DNA from: Azolla caroliniana
Taxonomy: Eukaryota; Plantae; Polypodiophyta
Length of the DNA stretch: 64,000 nt
Reading direction: 5' to 3'
Assembly (NCBI GenBank): GCA_043228905.1
Contig: JBHGNT010000006.1
Location: 3,782,001 to 3,846,000 of the forward strand
Below, piece after piece: positions 28,501 through 41,880 of this stretch. The translations under genes and the position numbers were made by a program. Position 1 is the first letter of the stretch, and each line of letters begins with the position of its first letter. The notes under the pieces are model-generated. The model did no database searches. It was not told the DNA's origin and was given only the letters and a program-made list of their open reading frames with translations.

Positions 28501-31500
28501 CAATGTTATCACTATACCCATCTACCGTAAATTTTAACTATGTCATCCCACGGCAACATGTGTTGTGCCTACAGTTTACCGTGAAACATGCACGCTGGAC
28601 TTACACTCTAGGTCCAATCACTGTGCTTATTACACAACACAAACTGTCTGATTGGGTGGATTCTGTCCATATGCTGGAATAGCAGTTTCTCACACAAATT
28701 CTTTACACCTTCAGCCATGTTAAGTCTAGGGATAACCACATAGCTAATTTCACACAAGAAATGATAGTCCCACGACACTGGAACACAAGAACCAGAACTA
28801 GAGTGACCTGTGCTTATTAAAACACAAAGGAATGCCAATGAATGAAGTGGAAATGATGAAGCGAATCTTGATGGTGTGATGAAACTTAAAAAGGAACTGA
28901 ACTAGAGGTGGCCAAAGAAAGAAAGAAAAAGAAATGAAAACATGGGCAAAGGTGGCTGAAGATACATCAGAGACGAAGAATGCTCACATAGAAATGAACA
29001 CAAAGAACTGCAAATGAGTCAAGTGGAAGTGATTGAGGTGACCATTGAAGAAGAGTTTGAAAGCATGGGCACTACACATTGAGGGTAGTTGTGGGGAGAA
29101 AAGTGCTATGCACGATAAAATGGAAAAACTCTTGTAAAAGAGATTAGTGGAGGGTAGGAAAAGATTAATGATCCTATTTGAAGACGTGGAGACAAAAAGC
29201 AAGGGGATGTGCTAGGTAGATAGATAGATAGATATTTTTTAGCGTCCATAGAGAGGCTAATGTTGACCCATAGGACCTAAGCACAAAAGTTATCTTGATG
29301 TGTGTCTCCTTCCTAAGAAGGGAATTCATACTTTGAAGCACAAAGTCTCGGTGTGTGAATAAAGCATACACATATGAGCTCAACCTTCTGGGTGTTCTCT
29401 TTAGTATGATACTCAAGTCATCGCCCCCCTCTTAGTATATCATCATAGCTTTCACGAATTGCACTATATGCAGAGCATGTAAAAAGTGAGTGATATTCAT
29501 CCTCTACTAGCCCTTCTTTGCATACCTTACATGTCTTTATATTTGGCTGATTTTGATTCCATAATGCAACTTCAATACCTAGGTTGTGTGATCGAGTACT
29601 AAGGAGTGTTAATGCTTTACGAGAGTTAATAGGGAGAGGATTATTATCATATATAGGTCTGCATGATGGTGCAGGGTTATGTAACAGTATTGTATGGCTT
29701 TATGAAATTACAATGCATCTCTACAGGTATTGCTTACACAATAAGAAGAAATGTGGGATAGACTGTGTGTGGTGCATAAGACTTCGATTCATAATAACTG
29801 TGGATTTGGATCTCTGGTGAAAACCTAAGAGAGTTCTAAATGGCAGTTTGCTATTTTCCACATGCCTGCTCAGTGGTTCACATTCTGGTGAATCACTGTA
29901 TTTGCGACTACATGCAAACGCGATATGATAATGCAGTTCTGAAAACATACTGCTAATAGGAGACTTCAATGCATGAACTGGAAAGCCTCATTATTTGATA
30001 CAAGTGAAGCCATTTATGGGGAAATTGGAGTTGAATATGTTGATTTGGAAAGCCATGCTCACCATAGCGGGGGCATAACAGATTATTCTCATGGACTTGT
30101 TAGATTTTCCCTGAATAATTGTGGAGTTCATGGTGAGTATCTGGTTCATTGTCATGCATAGTCTCCTAAAAAGTGCTTTCCCAAACACTATCCGACACTC
30201 TGTGGCTCTGACTTTCACCCTAGTTGCTTAGCTCAAACTCTAAAATGGAACCATCTATCTTGGCCATGCAACACCCAATCATAATTGTTCAATATTGTGT
30301 CACAACCCGGAGGTGCTATCATAAATCAAGTGCTGTCATTGTGCTATGCCTGAAAATAATGTCCATGTCGGTCCTCGACTATGGCTTCAGCATGCTTGTT
30401 ATTGCCAAATCAAGCCACTCTATCACTTTGTTCGCAATTTCTCGGCCCTAAAGGTTATTTTAACCCCAAAGCTCAAAGAAAATGATTGAAATCATGTCGC
30501 TAGCGAAGGGCATTTTGCGTCGAGTGTGACTGGGAAATGAACATATAACTAATGGGCCAAGCAAAGGAAGAATTATTTGAGTAATTCCTTTGTGCTTTTT
30601 CTATAACCAAGTGATTTATGAAACACCCATGCATGGAATTCTGTTTTAACTTGCAATTTTGTTGGGGCTTCAAATAACTAAGTAATTAAGTATTCCTTGT
30701 AGCATATCCAATAGTCAGTATAGATTCTTGATTGAAGATGCTTCACAAATTACTTGCCTATCTGCTGTTGCATTGCATCCCTGTTCAGCACCATCACCAG
30801 AATTTTTACAATTGCATGGATGCAAAAAACTGTATGGGGCATGGTGTACAACAGTTTCTAGTTCCTAAAATTTAAAGCATGCTCCATGGTTCCTTTCATT
30901 ACTAACTGAAGCATGTGCCACCTTTCCTTTCATTTTGTGGAGCTGCAAAAAAGAATTCCCTTACATTATTATAGTACTTGATGCCTTCTTTAGCATGGTA
31001 GTTTTATATATTGTTGTCACCTTAAGGCTTTCACAATCATTGTGTTTGTCATTCTTTAGTTCAATCACAGGTTCCATTGCATGCAAGCTTTCCAGTAAAG
31101 ATGACATATTTCTTTCAAAATGATTCCAAATCCATTTCATTACTTTTAATAATATCTCCACGTAATTTCTAGGGTTTCCTTATTTAGAAACTTGTTGTTT
31201 GTTAACTCCCTTGGAGGAGATAACTAATGTGTCATCAATGTTGAAGAAACATTCTCAGGGTGTGGCCTATCACACCACTCACATTCACTCACTCTTGAAT
31301 AAATCCACTACCCGACTCCACAAAGATATGACTGTCACAGAAGATAGAAGAGACAGAAGATGTAGAAGAGACTGAACGTTAGAAGCATTACAAAGTTTGA
31401 AATAAAAGATGAAAATCTTCTCAGAATTAAGATGAAAATAAAATTCTCATTCAAAGGATCACAACCTCCTTAAGTTTTTTTTACACAGGGATTTGAAAGC

Positions 31501-33726
31501 TCTTTCCCTTTTTCCTATGGTATTCTTGTACTGAGGTACCATTCGGCCCATGTTGAAAAACCAAGCAGAATCATTAGATTTCCTTATTGATGTCCTCCAC
31601 CACCCAAACATCAATAATCCTTAATAGTGAGTACTATGTAACTATCTCTTGCATTGCTTGCTACCTCAACCTGTCTACATCATATAGCTTATGTGTGTTG
31701 CCAGTATTCTTGACATCAACTTCCTGGCACAATACACTCTATTCGAGTCTTTATGCATCTTCATCTTGGTGCTAAGTTTGTGGAGTTGACCTATTCTGAC
31801 CATTCTTATTAATGTGATTACTGATGGAGGTTTAGAAACACCACATTGTTCAATGACGGCCTGCAAAAAATGCAGGGAACATCAATTCATATTTGAACTA
31901 TCAAATGCCAATTACGTTATGTTTTTCATATGTCTATCATCGATATGATAACTATAACGCGATATCATATAGTGATGATTCACTATGAAGATTCTACTTT
32001 GTCTTCTTAGTTATATTTAGGATTTTATGATTCACAATTAACATTTAGCCCTTTTTATTCCTCAAGAAAGAATAAATGGAGACCACATCTAGATGCGTGG
32101 GTTGCTGTATTGTTTCTAAATTTCCAATATTGGTTTTGAAGTGTTTGTGGGAGAGCCTTATATATGTATGAGAAAATGTTCTTAAAAATACATTTCATGA
32201 TCTCAATTTGAAGCTCTTAGCCATTTCACGCTATAACCTCCTGGATTGCCTTCTATATGATTACTGGTACTTTTTTTTCTGCGAGAGTAGAGTTTATATT
32301 CAGCTACCTGAAGGTTTCATTTTAGGATTATCTTTCCGAGGGAAAAAGAAACAATTTTAAACGTTTTCTGTTTTATATCTCAGTATTCTCGCCAATTAAA
32401 CTTTGTTATTTGTTGAATTTGCAGACCTTCGTTTTCCATAGAGCTGCAGTTTTATCAAGGCCTCTTCTCTTTGCAACAGGATTTATGTGCTTCTTCTCTG
32501 TTGTCATAGCTTTATTTAAGGTATGTTCGTTAGAATACTGGTTTCATGCATGCACATTAGTGACCATCAATGAGTTACTATAGAGCTTTTTCTCTGTGAA
32601 ACTACAGATTCATAATAGGTTTGAGTTTGGTGAAGCAGGATATTCCAGATCTTGAAGGTGACAGAGTTTTTGGCATTCAATCATATACAGTCCAACTGGG
32701 ACAAGAACGGGTTAGTTTTTCAATAATCATTGATTGTTGCATAATATTTATGCATATTGAGAACACATTAATTTGTTAAGCTGGGAGATTTGACGTCATA
32801 TGCTTCATGACTCAAACAGGTTTTCTGGCTTTGCATTTATCTGCTTTTAGCAGCATATGGTGTGGCAATATTGATAGGCATCAGTTCTGATATAATGTGG
32901 TCTAGGATTGCCATGGTAAGTTTAATTTATTCTTCTGTGATTCTTGACAATAATCTATAGGATATGTATTAATGTGGTATGGATCTGAAAATTTGTAAAA
33001 TTTGTTTTTTTTGTGCACTCTGATTTTCAGGTAATTGGTCATGCAATATTGGCCAACATTTTGTGGGATCATGCAAAGCATATCGATTTAAAGAGCAAAC
33101 CTGCGATTAGTGGTTTTTACATGTTTATTTGGAAGGTGCAAAATTCCATCACTCTATTCTCTATTTATCCTTAATGGTTTGCCTTCATACTAATATATTT
33201 CTGTGAATGGATGATCCTCCATTACGTGAGAAGCCTGTAACAAATAGTTACTGAACTTGAAATGTAAGTAAATAAAATATCCTACTCCCTTCAAATGCAT
33301 CCTTGGTTAAGACAATCTTCCTGGGTTAGAACACAGACACAGGTAATGAATGAGTCCAGCACATCTGTTTCTTTTAACGTGTTGCTGTATCATACACTTC
33401 TTGCTAGTGGTTCTGTAGCTAATAGTGCATGCAATGAAACTCATTTATGAGCTATCAGTTCTGTTCCTGTTTTGTAGTCGGTGTGACATCAATTTTGTAT
33501 TAAGCTTACGTTTGACTATTTACTTAACACGTGACCGCATGTTTAGAATTAAGAGAGGTATAACTTTAGAGCCCGAGATTTATTTATCTCAAGTGCACAA
33601 TAATAATATTGATTAAGAATACTGTACATGGATAATGCACAATTAGTTGGCATCCTCACTATATTGTGGTTCTTGTTTATACAGCTTTTCTATGCAGAGT
33701 ATCTACTTATACCATTAATGCGATGA
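25556..33726 (+). CDS. VTE2: Homogentisate phytyltransferase (tocopherol biosynthesis, UbiA family), plastid-targeted; 12 exons, ~419 aa
   Basis: Exons 25556-25727, 26292-26533, 26804-26887, 27078-27152, 27299-27382, 27459-27548, 27646-27747, 32425-32520, 32639-32710, 32820-32915, 33031-33135, 33685-33726. All GT-AG and in frame (1260 nt). Motifs: [50 protein letters not shown]. Confidence 0.93.
28228..28465. repeat. ~115-bp tandem duplication in HPT intron 7 (third partial copy at ~28608)
   Basis: catacc(g/a)gggtg.caagtgt...tcaacatttttcca...gtccaatca.tatgctcaaatgacacaaat occurs twice. Confidence 0.7.
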
Positions 33727-35850
33727 GATACGATAGAGTTGCACTCCATCATGGTGCTATCTCCTGCCCTTTACATTACCTTCCTTGGTACAAATATATT
33801 TTGCAGCTGCATCCTAAAATATGAGGATTCACTTTTGCAGCACGTATTGCATTCTATCAGATTGGTTCAATTGTTACAATTTCAAAAGCAGTTTCCATAT
33901 GCTTGTATTGACTGGATGGGCAAGAGAATTATTGATTTCTTCTATCTACTAATTTTCCTTTTACATTCCTCTTGTTTGTGAAATGTAACCTTACCGGTTT
34001 ATGTCTGACATACAGTTTAACAGATATAAATCTGGAATTTTGAAAATTAGTGCTGCTTTTCGCAGTATTCGATAATTGTTATGCGAAGATAATATTATAT
34101 TTATATCCAACTCTTGCACTTGTGCTCCAGAAATGTGTTATTGATTCTAATGCTAGATATCCTGGTGCACAAAATGCCAATACATATGTCTGGCAACATT
34201 ACATCTTCTATTGAGTGATTCTCACCCTCAATTGGGAATATGTTGATGACACCCCGCTCTTGTGTTTCTCTTAAGTAGTGCCAAATATCCATCAGGGAAG
34301 ATTTGCAATTTTGTTCTAAATCTGTCTTGACAACAAGACAAGATGTAAATCTATATAGAGATGTTATTTATTTGCTTAGCTGGTGCAGTTATGGACTTTA
34401 TTCCTTTATGTAAAATGTTTTAAGTAGGTTCGAAGGAGAAACAATGACATGATCAATAAAAAGCAACAATAACTTGTCTTCTCCAATCAGTTGCATTCAG
34501 GCACAAGTGGTTTATTATTATTTTCAGTTATGAGCATGAGGATGCAAAGAGGCTAAATGAATGGCACGCATCCAAATTGAGTTAGTCCTTCCTCATTTTA
34601 CATAGGTCATCTAATATGTATGCCAAAACTACTATGCAATGATTGGGATTTATGAAATGGGTGGTGAATGAAGCATGGCAAAGATTGTCATGTTGGACTA
34701 GCCCTAGTTTGCGTAGCCAAAGGGAAAGATGACTCTTTCTTGCGGAGATGGAGGACATGTTAGTATACCTAGATAGTCATTATTAGGAATCATTGAAGGC
34801 TTGAGCATGTGTTGCTATGACAATGATTTAGAGATAACACCTCACTATTAACCATTAGGGGTATTCTAAAACCAATGTGTAATGATACACCTGTGATGTT
34901 GGGGTCACAGGTGTATAGATTGCAGACATTGAAGTGATGATAGATTGTGGATGTGGGAGGAAAAGGTATCCTAGAGCCTCAAACTCTACCCTTATTAAAG
35001 CAATGACTATAACCCCACTCTGTATATTTGCATAAACATTTTATATAAACCAACCTCGTTTTTCTAGGAAGTGTTAATTATAGCTTATTTACTTTTAGAA
35101 TTATTTGTAGCTTCATAATAATATTCTCTCATCTTGGTCAATTAGTTTTGGTGCAACAAGCACGAGCATGTCCAATAAATGACCTTATGGTTAATAGACT
35201 TTTAACTAAGCCAAGCATGTGGAAAAGAGTAACGACTCCACTCACCCAATAGCTACCATAACTAGTGCAAAAGACATGGCTGAAGCAAATAATCCATAGA
35301 GCGAATTTCTACTTGAAATCTACAATCTTAGTCTAGAATCAACATACCAACATGCTAGTGACTACATTCAGTTCAAAGTGAAGCCAAAAGAAACTTTGCA
35401 CCTCAATTGGCAAGGCATGGATTTGGTTGATCAATTCAACATGGATTTTCTTGCTCTTTGCATCATAGAGATTTGGTGCATTAAGAACCCACATCATCGA
35501 TGTGAGCCAAACGATTATACAACATTATATAATTTTGTAGTATCTCAAAAAGCGTATAACTTTTGTTGAACCTTACTCTAGTAATGGTCATGGAAGTTTT
35601 TTGATTGGCCTTCAAACACCAAACACAATAGTTGCACACCTAAGAAAGTACAATTGAGGAATGTAGAGAAGCCAATTTTGGGACATGCTGAGGCAAGTGC
35701 CATCATGATTCATACCAATGAAGACTAGCATGGAAAGACCATCAAAACAACCATGACTACTCATACCCTAACCAAAGTACTATATAGACGAGATATGACC
35801 AAGATGTTTTGGTTGAAAACCATAAATAATCTTTTATGGCACCCATCAAT

Positions 35851-38800
35851 TGTTGGGAAATCGATCCCTCCGGATGGGCTCCGGTTATGAATGGAGTGAA
35901 CCCGGTGAGAACCGGAAGAGATCTGGAAACCGGATCGGATGGTCTTGGTGGGCCGGAAGTGAAGACATATTTGTAAATATGTTTTCAGTAAGCCTATTGA
36001 GGCTATATTTGTAAATAGCCCTAAGTTCATATAAGTATAAATTTGACTTAGGGCAATCACTTTAGGGGTTGTTGTCATATATTGTGTATAACTATTGTAC
36101 AGATAGAGAGTGAGAGAGAGCGAGAGAGTAGCTACGAGCACTTTCTGTTATAACCGCCTTCTGGCGAAGATCCCAAGCACGAGGTCGTTGCCTCTGTGTC
36201 TCCTCTTTGTATTTCCTCTCATATAGTGATAGTTGGAGTCCGTAGGCTCCCGTGGGTTTTCCCTATTAGGGGTATCCACATAAATATTCCATGTACTCTC
36301 TACTCCCCATTTTTGTGTTTCATTCCCATTGTTGTGATTCAAGACTCGATTGTGGCCGAACAATATTCCGCGCTATTCTTCTCAATATGGTATCAAAGCG
36401 AACAACACAGGAAATGGAAGAATCGTTTGGCGGCATGTTCAAGCTCACCGGCTCCAACTACTTATTGTGGAAGTCAAAGATGAGGGATATGCTGGTGGTT
36501 AAAGATCTGTGGTTGTCGGTTCAGTTCGGGGACAAGAAACCCGATAAAATCGACGCCACGGTGTGGGAGGTGATGCACATGAAGATGATGGCATACATCT
36601 GGTGCTTCATCGACATGAGCTTGTACAACAACTTCAATGAAGAGAGCAAGGTTCATGAACTCTAGGAGAAGATCGACATCATGTTCCAGAACAAGAATGC
36701 CGTTAATCGGGTTTCGGTATTCCAGAAGCTAGTGAGGCTCCGGTACCAAGACGACTCCAGTATGGTGGAGCACATGAATGCCTTCCAGGGGCTAATGCAT
36801 CAAGCAACCTCGTTGAAAGTACCTCTCGCCAATGAGGTACTCACATTGCTCCTGCTCGGTTCCCTCCCGAATAGTTGGGAGATGTTAGTTGTCACGTTGG
36901 GCAACGCCGAGCCGGAAAGAAAGCAGTTGTCCCTAGCAAGGGTAAAGTCAAGCTTGCTAGATGAAGAAGCTCACCGGAAGGACCGGGAGTCTGGAACCGA
37001 TCCGAAGTCCTTGGTCACGGAAGATGATCACAACTGGGGAAGAGGTCGGTATCGGAGTCCCCAAAACCGGGAGAAATTGGGGACAAGGTCGAAGTCAAGG
37101 GGGAGGACTACGTGATTCTATTGGGGGAAGTCAGGACACTTCCAGAAAAATTGTTGGCATTTCCGGAAAGAGAAAGAAACCGGCACCACCGATTCGAAGA
37201 AGCCCGAAACGGTTCGGACTGGAGAGGCCCGGATAAGAAAGGAACGTCGACGATCGTGACAAGTGAAGAGGAATTGATGCTCATTGCCGAAGAGAATGAG
37301 TTAAACCTTGTCGGTGACGAGACAACGTGGGTTGTCGATTCCGGAGCGTCGTTCCACTTGACACCGGACCGGAGATGCTTCTCATCCTACACAACTGGTG
37401 ATCATGATTGTGTCCTGATGGGGAATGAAGGTTCATGCCGAATCATCGGCATAGGTGATGTGTTGTTGACGACATCAACCGGATGCAAGTTGCTGCTGAA
37501 GGATGTCCGACACGTTCCGGAGGTTCGACTGAACCTGATATCAGCTGGTTGGCTAGATGATGAAGGCTACATGGGTAGCATCCGGAACGGAGTCATGAAG
37601 TTCAACAAAGGGAGCCTAATAGTGGCTCGAGCCCGGAAGGTCAACACATTGTACTTGATGAATTCCCGGATATGCCAAGAAGAAGTGAACGTAGCATCCG
37701 ACACTACCGGTGAGCTGTGGCACAAGAGATTGTGTCATATGAGCCAGAAGGGGATGAAGAGACTTGCCGAAGACAATCTCATTCCAGTGAAGGACGCGCG
37801 ACTTGAGAAGTGCACCAATTGCTTGGCCGGCAAGCAAAATCGGACCTCCTTCTGTCAAGACCACCGATGAGATGGAATGCACCATTGGAGCTAGTGCATA
37901 CCGATGTGTGTCAAGTGGACACGAAGTCACATGCCGGATCGCAGTACTTCGTGACGTTCATAGATGACTACAACTGGAAGTTGTGGGTCTCACCATTGAA
38001 GACGAAGGATCAAGTGTTATCCGTCTTCAAGGAGCTCCACGCGAGAGTGGAAAGAGAAACCGGCCGGAAGCTGAAGGCGGTTCGAGGGGACAACAGAGGA
38101 GAATACCGGGGGCAGTTCGAAGAGTACTGCTAGTCGAAGGGAATCCGACTCGAATTTACCGTGCCGAAGATGCTAGAATTGAACGAGCTAGCAGAACGGA
38201 TGAACTAGACCGTGATGGAGAGAGTCTCGTGCATGTTGGCACATGCAAAGTTACCCAAGACGGTTTGGGCTGAGGCGCTGACAACAACGACCTATGTGAT
38301 AAACATATCGCCCTCAGTACCCTTGGACGGAGACACACCGCAAAGAGTATGGACCAGTAAGGACGTGCCTTACCGACATCTGAAGGTGTTCGGGTGTCTC
38401 GCATATGGGCATGTTGCAAAGGATAAGAGAGCAAAGCTGGATCCGAAGTTCAGGCCATGCATATTCCTTGGATATAGCGATGATGAGTTCGGTTACCGGG
38501 TGTGGGATCTGGTCGACAAGAAGGTGTTCCGGAGTCAAGACATAGTCTTCATGGAAGACAGGACCATTGCCAAGTGGGAGTCGGAGATGAAGGTGATGAA
38601 CTTCGGATCATCCAATGAAAACCGGCTTGAGGACACAAGGACATACCCGGTTGAAATCCGGATGTTAACCGGTAACCGGATGACACTCGATGAACTAGCC
38701 GGATATGGACAAGAAACCGAACTGACCGAAAAAGAAGAAGAAGAGGACACCAGAACCAGACAAGATCCCGAATCGGAATAGACGGAGGAACCGGTAGTCA

Positions 38801-40038
38801 GAAACCAAGGACAGAGATATCCTCTTAGAGAGAGAAGAGCCCCCCGGAGATTTCCGAATGCAGAGCATGAGTTGCTAACCGATGAGGGGGAGAGCACTGG
38901 AACGCGGTCAAGTGGATACTCCGGTATCTGAAAGGCACCTCGAGTATGTGTCTCCGGTTCGGCTCCGGTAATCCCCAACTTGATGGATTCACGGATTCAG
39001 ATATGTCGGTTGATGTAGATACCAACCGGTCGACATCCGTATATGTCATGACTTATGCAGGGGGAGCTGTATCATGGCAGTCGAGGCTGCAGAAGACGAT
39101 TGTGTTGTCAACCACGGAGGCGGAGTACATGGTAGCTGTGGAAGCCGGCAAGGAGATAATTTGGATGAAGGACTTCATCAGAGAGCTAGGGATCCAACAG
39201 GAGGAATACTAGCTCTATTGTGATAGTCAAAGTGCCATTCACCTTGCAAAGAACGTGGCCTACCATTCCCGGACGAAACATATTCAACGGAGGTACCACT
39301 GGATCCGGGAGAGAGTAGAAGATCAAGAATTTGTGCTGATGAAGATCCACACGGAGGAGAACGGGTCGGATATGCTGACCAAGGTGCTGACAACCGACAA
39401 GCTGGACGCGTGCCGAAAGCGGATCGGGCTGGCGAGACATCCTATGCCGGAGTGAAGGGGGAGATTGTTGGGAAATCGGTCCCTCCGGATGGGATCTGGT
39501 TATGAATGGAGTGGACCCGGTGAGAATCGGAAGAGATCCGTAAACCGGAGGAGACCCGGTGAGAACCGGAAGAGATCCGGAAACCGGATCAGATGGACCC
39601 GGTGAGCCGGAAGTGAAGACATCTTTGTAAATATGTTTTCAGTAAGGCTATTGAGGCTATATTTGTAAATAGCCCTAAGTTCATATAAGTATAAATATGA
39701 CTTAGGGCAATCACTTTAGGGGTTGTTGTCATATATTGTGTATAACTACTATACAGATAGAGAGTGTGAGAGAGCGAGAGAGTAGCTACGAGCACTTTCT
39801 ATTGTAACAGGCTTCTGGCGAAGATCGTGAGCACGAGGTCGTTGCCTCTGTGTCTCCTCTTTGTATTTCCTCTCATATAATGATAGTTGGAGTCTGTGGG
39901 CTCCCGTGGTTTTTCCTTATTAGGGTTTTTCATGTAAATATTCTGTGTACTCGCTACTTCCCATTTTTGTGTTTCATTCCCATTGTTGTGATTCAAGACT
40001 CGGTTGTGGTCGAGCAATATTCCGCGCTATTCTTCTTA
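35851..40038 (+). mobile_element. Ty1/copia element A, defective (RT deleted)
   Basis: LTRs 35851-36384 and 39466-40038, TSD TCAAT, PBS tggtatcaaagc (tRNA-iMet) at 36388, PPT gaagggggaga. Gag, protease (VDSGAS), integrase and RNase H carry stops and frameshifts. The sequence jumps from LLTDEG to EHWNAVKW at ~38890. Confidence 0.95.
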
Positions 40039-40779
40039 TCAATGACACCTCACATTAAAAGAGCAACATGTCTATAAACAAGTATAGAAAATGACCGGTC
40101 ATTCGTGATAGCATATTGATTTCTTGACCACATTTGGGGTAGTGAGCAATAGTTCTTTAATTAAATCTAACACATGGTACGAAATGCTCTTTCATGTCAA
40201 TGAAGAACTAGAAGTTGGTTGCGACTCGTAACTACACTAGGGAACAATGCTATAAAGAACATCTTAAGAACACTAAGCCAAATAAAACCCAAGGAACAAA
40301 TTTGTTTTAAGCTAACAATGCTACATTTAACCTCCAATAGGTAATGGGGCCATTATACCTACCCCACTAGACATTGGTGTGGGATGAGTATGGTAATCTA
40401 CGATTGCTAGAAGAAATAGGGTAGCCCAAAGTTGGTCCCAAGTGACATAAGCTTGTATATGGCTAACGGTTCAATTCAATGGAATGAAAGAGATGATGGC
40501 AAACCATTCATATGAAATGCGTGGAGTGGAATATTACTTCACCTTTTTGATCACACAAGTAGCACATGAATGTCTCCTCAATAAATCTTTCCTTAAGTGC
40601 TAATCAACTAGTAATGGATTTTGGAAATGATGTATTTACATGTACAAAGGACACCAAAACATATCAGGTCCCAACACTACATGGGACATGGTACATCTAC
40701 CCAAAGGAGTTGATAATGATGTTATCATAAGGAGTGAGAGGAGTTTATTCAAAATACTCGAGCATGGGATGTGATACAT

Positions 40780-41880
40780 CCACCCAAAGCAAATTGGGTC
40801 TTGCATGGAAATGGATTTATTGGAAAAAAACACGCTTAGTACTTCTAACCTAAAGTACAAGGCTCAACTCGTCAACAAACAATTCAAACAATTCAAACAA
40901 TAGCATGACATCAATTTCAATGAAGTCTTCTCACAAGTCATGAAGATGACAACATTGAGGATGTTGCTCGTAAACCTAGTCAAGGAGTAGATGGAGCTTG
41001 AGTAGATGGATATTATGAAGATCACATTTTGTCAGAATGACCTAGAGAACAAGGTGTTTATGGTGCAACCTACTAGGTTTTCCAACCCGGAAGGAGATAG
41101 TATATTGAATAAAGAAGAACTTAGATTGTACAAAAAGTTTGACGCATTCAAAAAGTCAAAATGTTTTTTGTTACAATTGTGAGGATTCCTTTCTATATAC
41201 AAGGCAATGCAAAGAGTATAGTTTAATCTTCCTCATCATCTATGTGAATGACATGTTGACCGTGGGGAAAATGATGAAGGACATTTGGGTTGTAAAGCAA
41301 AGTTGAGCTTGAAATTCGATATGAAGGATTTTGAAGAGGCCAACTATATTCTAGGCACACATATAATTCAAGATAGGAGGGGTAATGAGTTCACTTATCC
41401 CAAAGAAGTGCGCCATGAAGGTACTCCAATGGTTGTATGTTACTAGGGCCAAACCTCGTGATCCATAGATGGTGACCTACCTAAGAGTGTGCAAGGAGTA
41501 CTGCCGACAAATGAGGAACATTCCATGCTCATCTACCATCGGCACCTTGATGTATGCAATGGTTGACACCAAGCCAAGCATAACATACAAAGTGTGTTGT
41601 GAACAAGTTCATGGTAAATCATGATGAGAAGCATTGGAAGCAATGAAAGTCATCATGTGGTAAATAAGTGATACAACAAATCAAGGCTTGAGCTTTGGAG
41701 TGGGTGTAGGGATGTACTTTAGTATTCATACTTGGATAGTGTCCATTGTACCATAATTTTTGTATGATATCACTTCGTACAAGACCGTGTTAAGAAGAAC
41801 CAAATTAAGTGACTAAATTTGCATACATTGGAAAATGTCATAAATATACTAACAAAAGGCTCTCCCAATAAACATTGTTG
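40780..41880 (+). pseudogene. Old, heavily decayed copia RT/RNase H remnant
   Basis: Scattered motifs KYKAQLV, VMKMTTLR, IIYVNDML, FDMKD, LMYAMV, YHFV. Confidence 0.7.

Noticed and set aside
34890-35850. Old gypsy element hosting copia A (continuing 40044-40700)
   Set aside because: Only faint PBS-like and gag/protease-like hints, and boundaries could not be defined.
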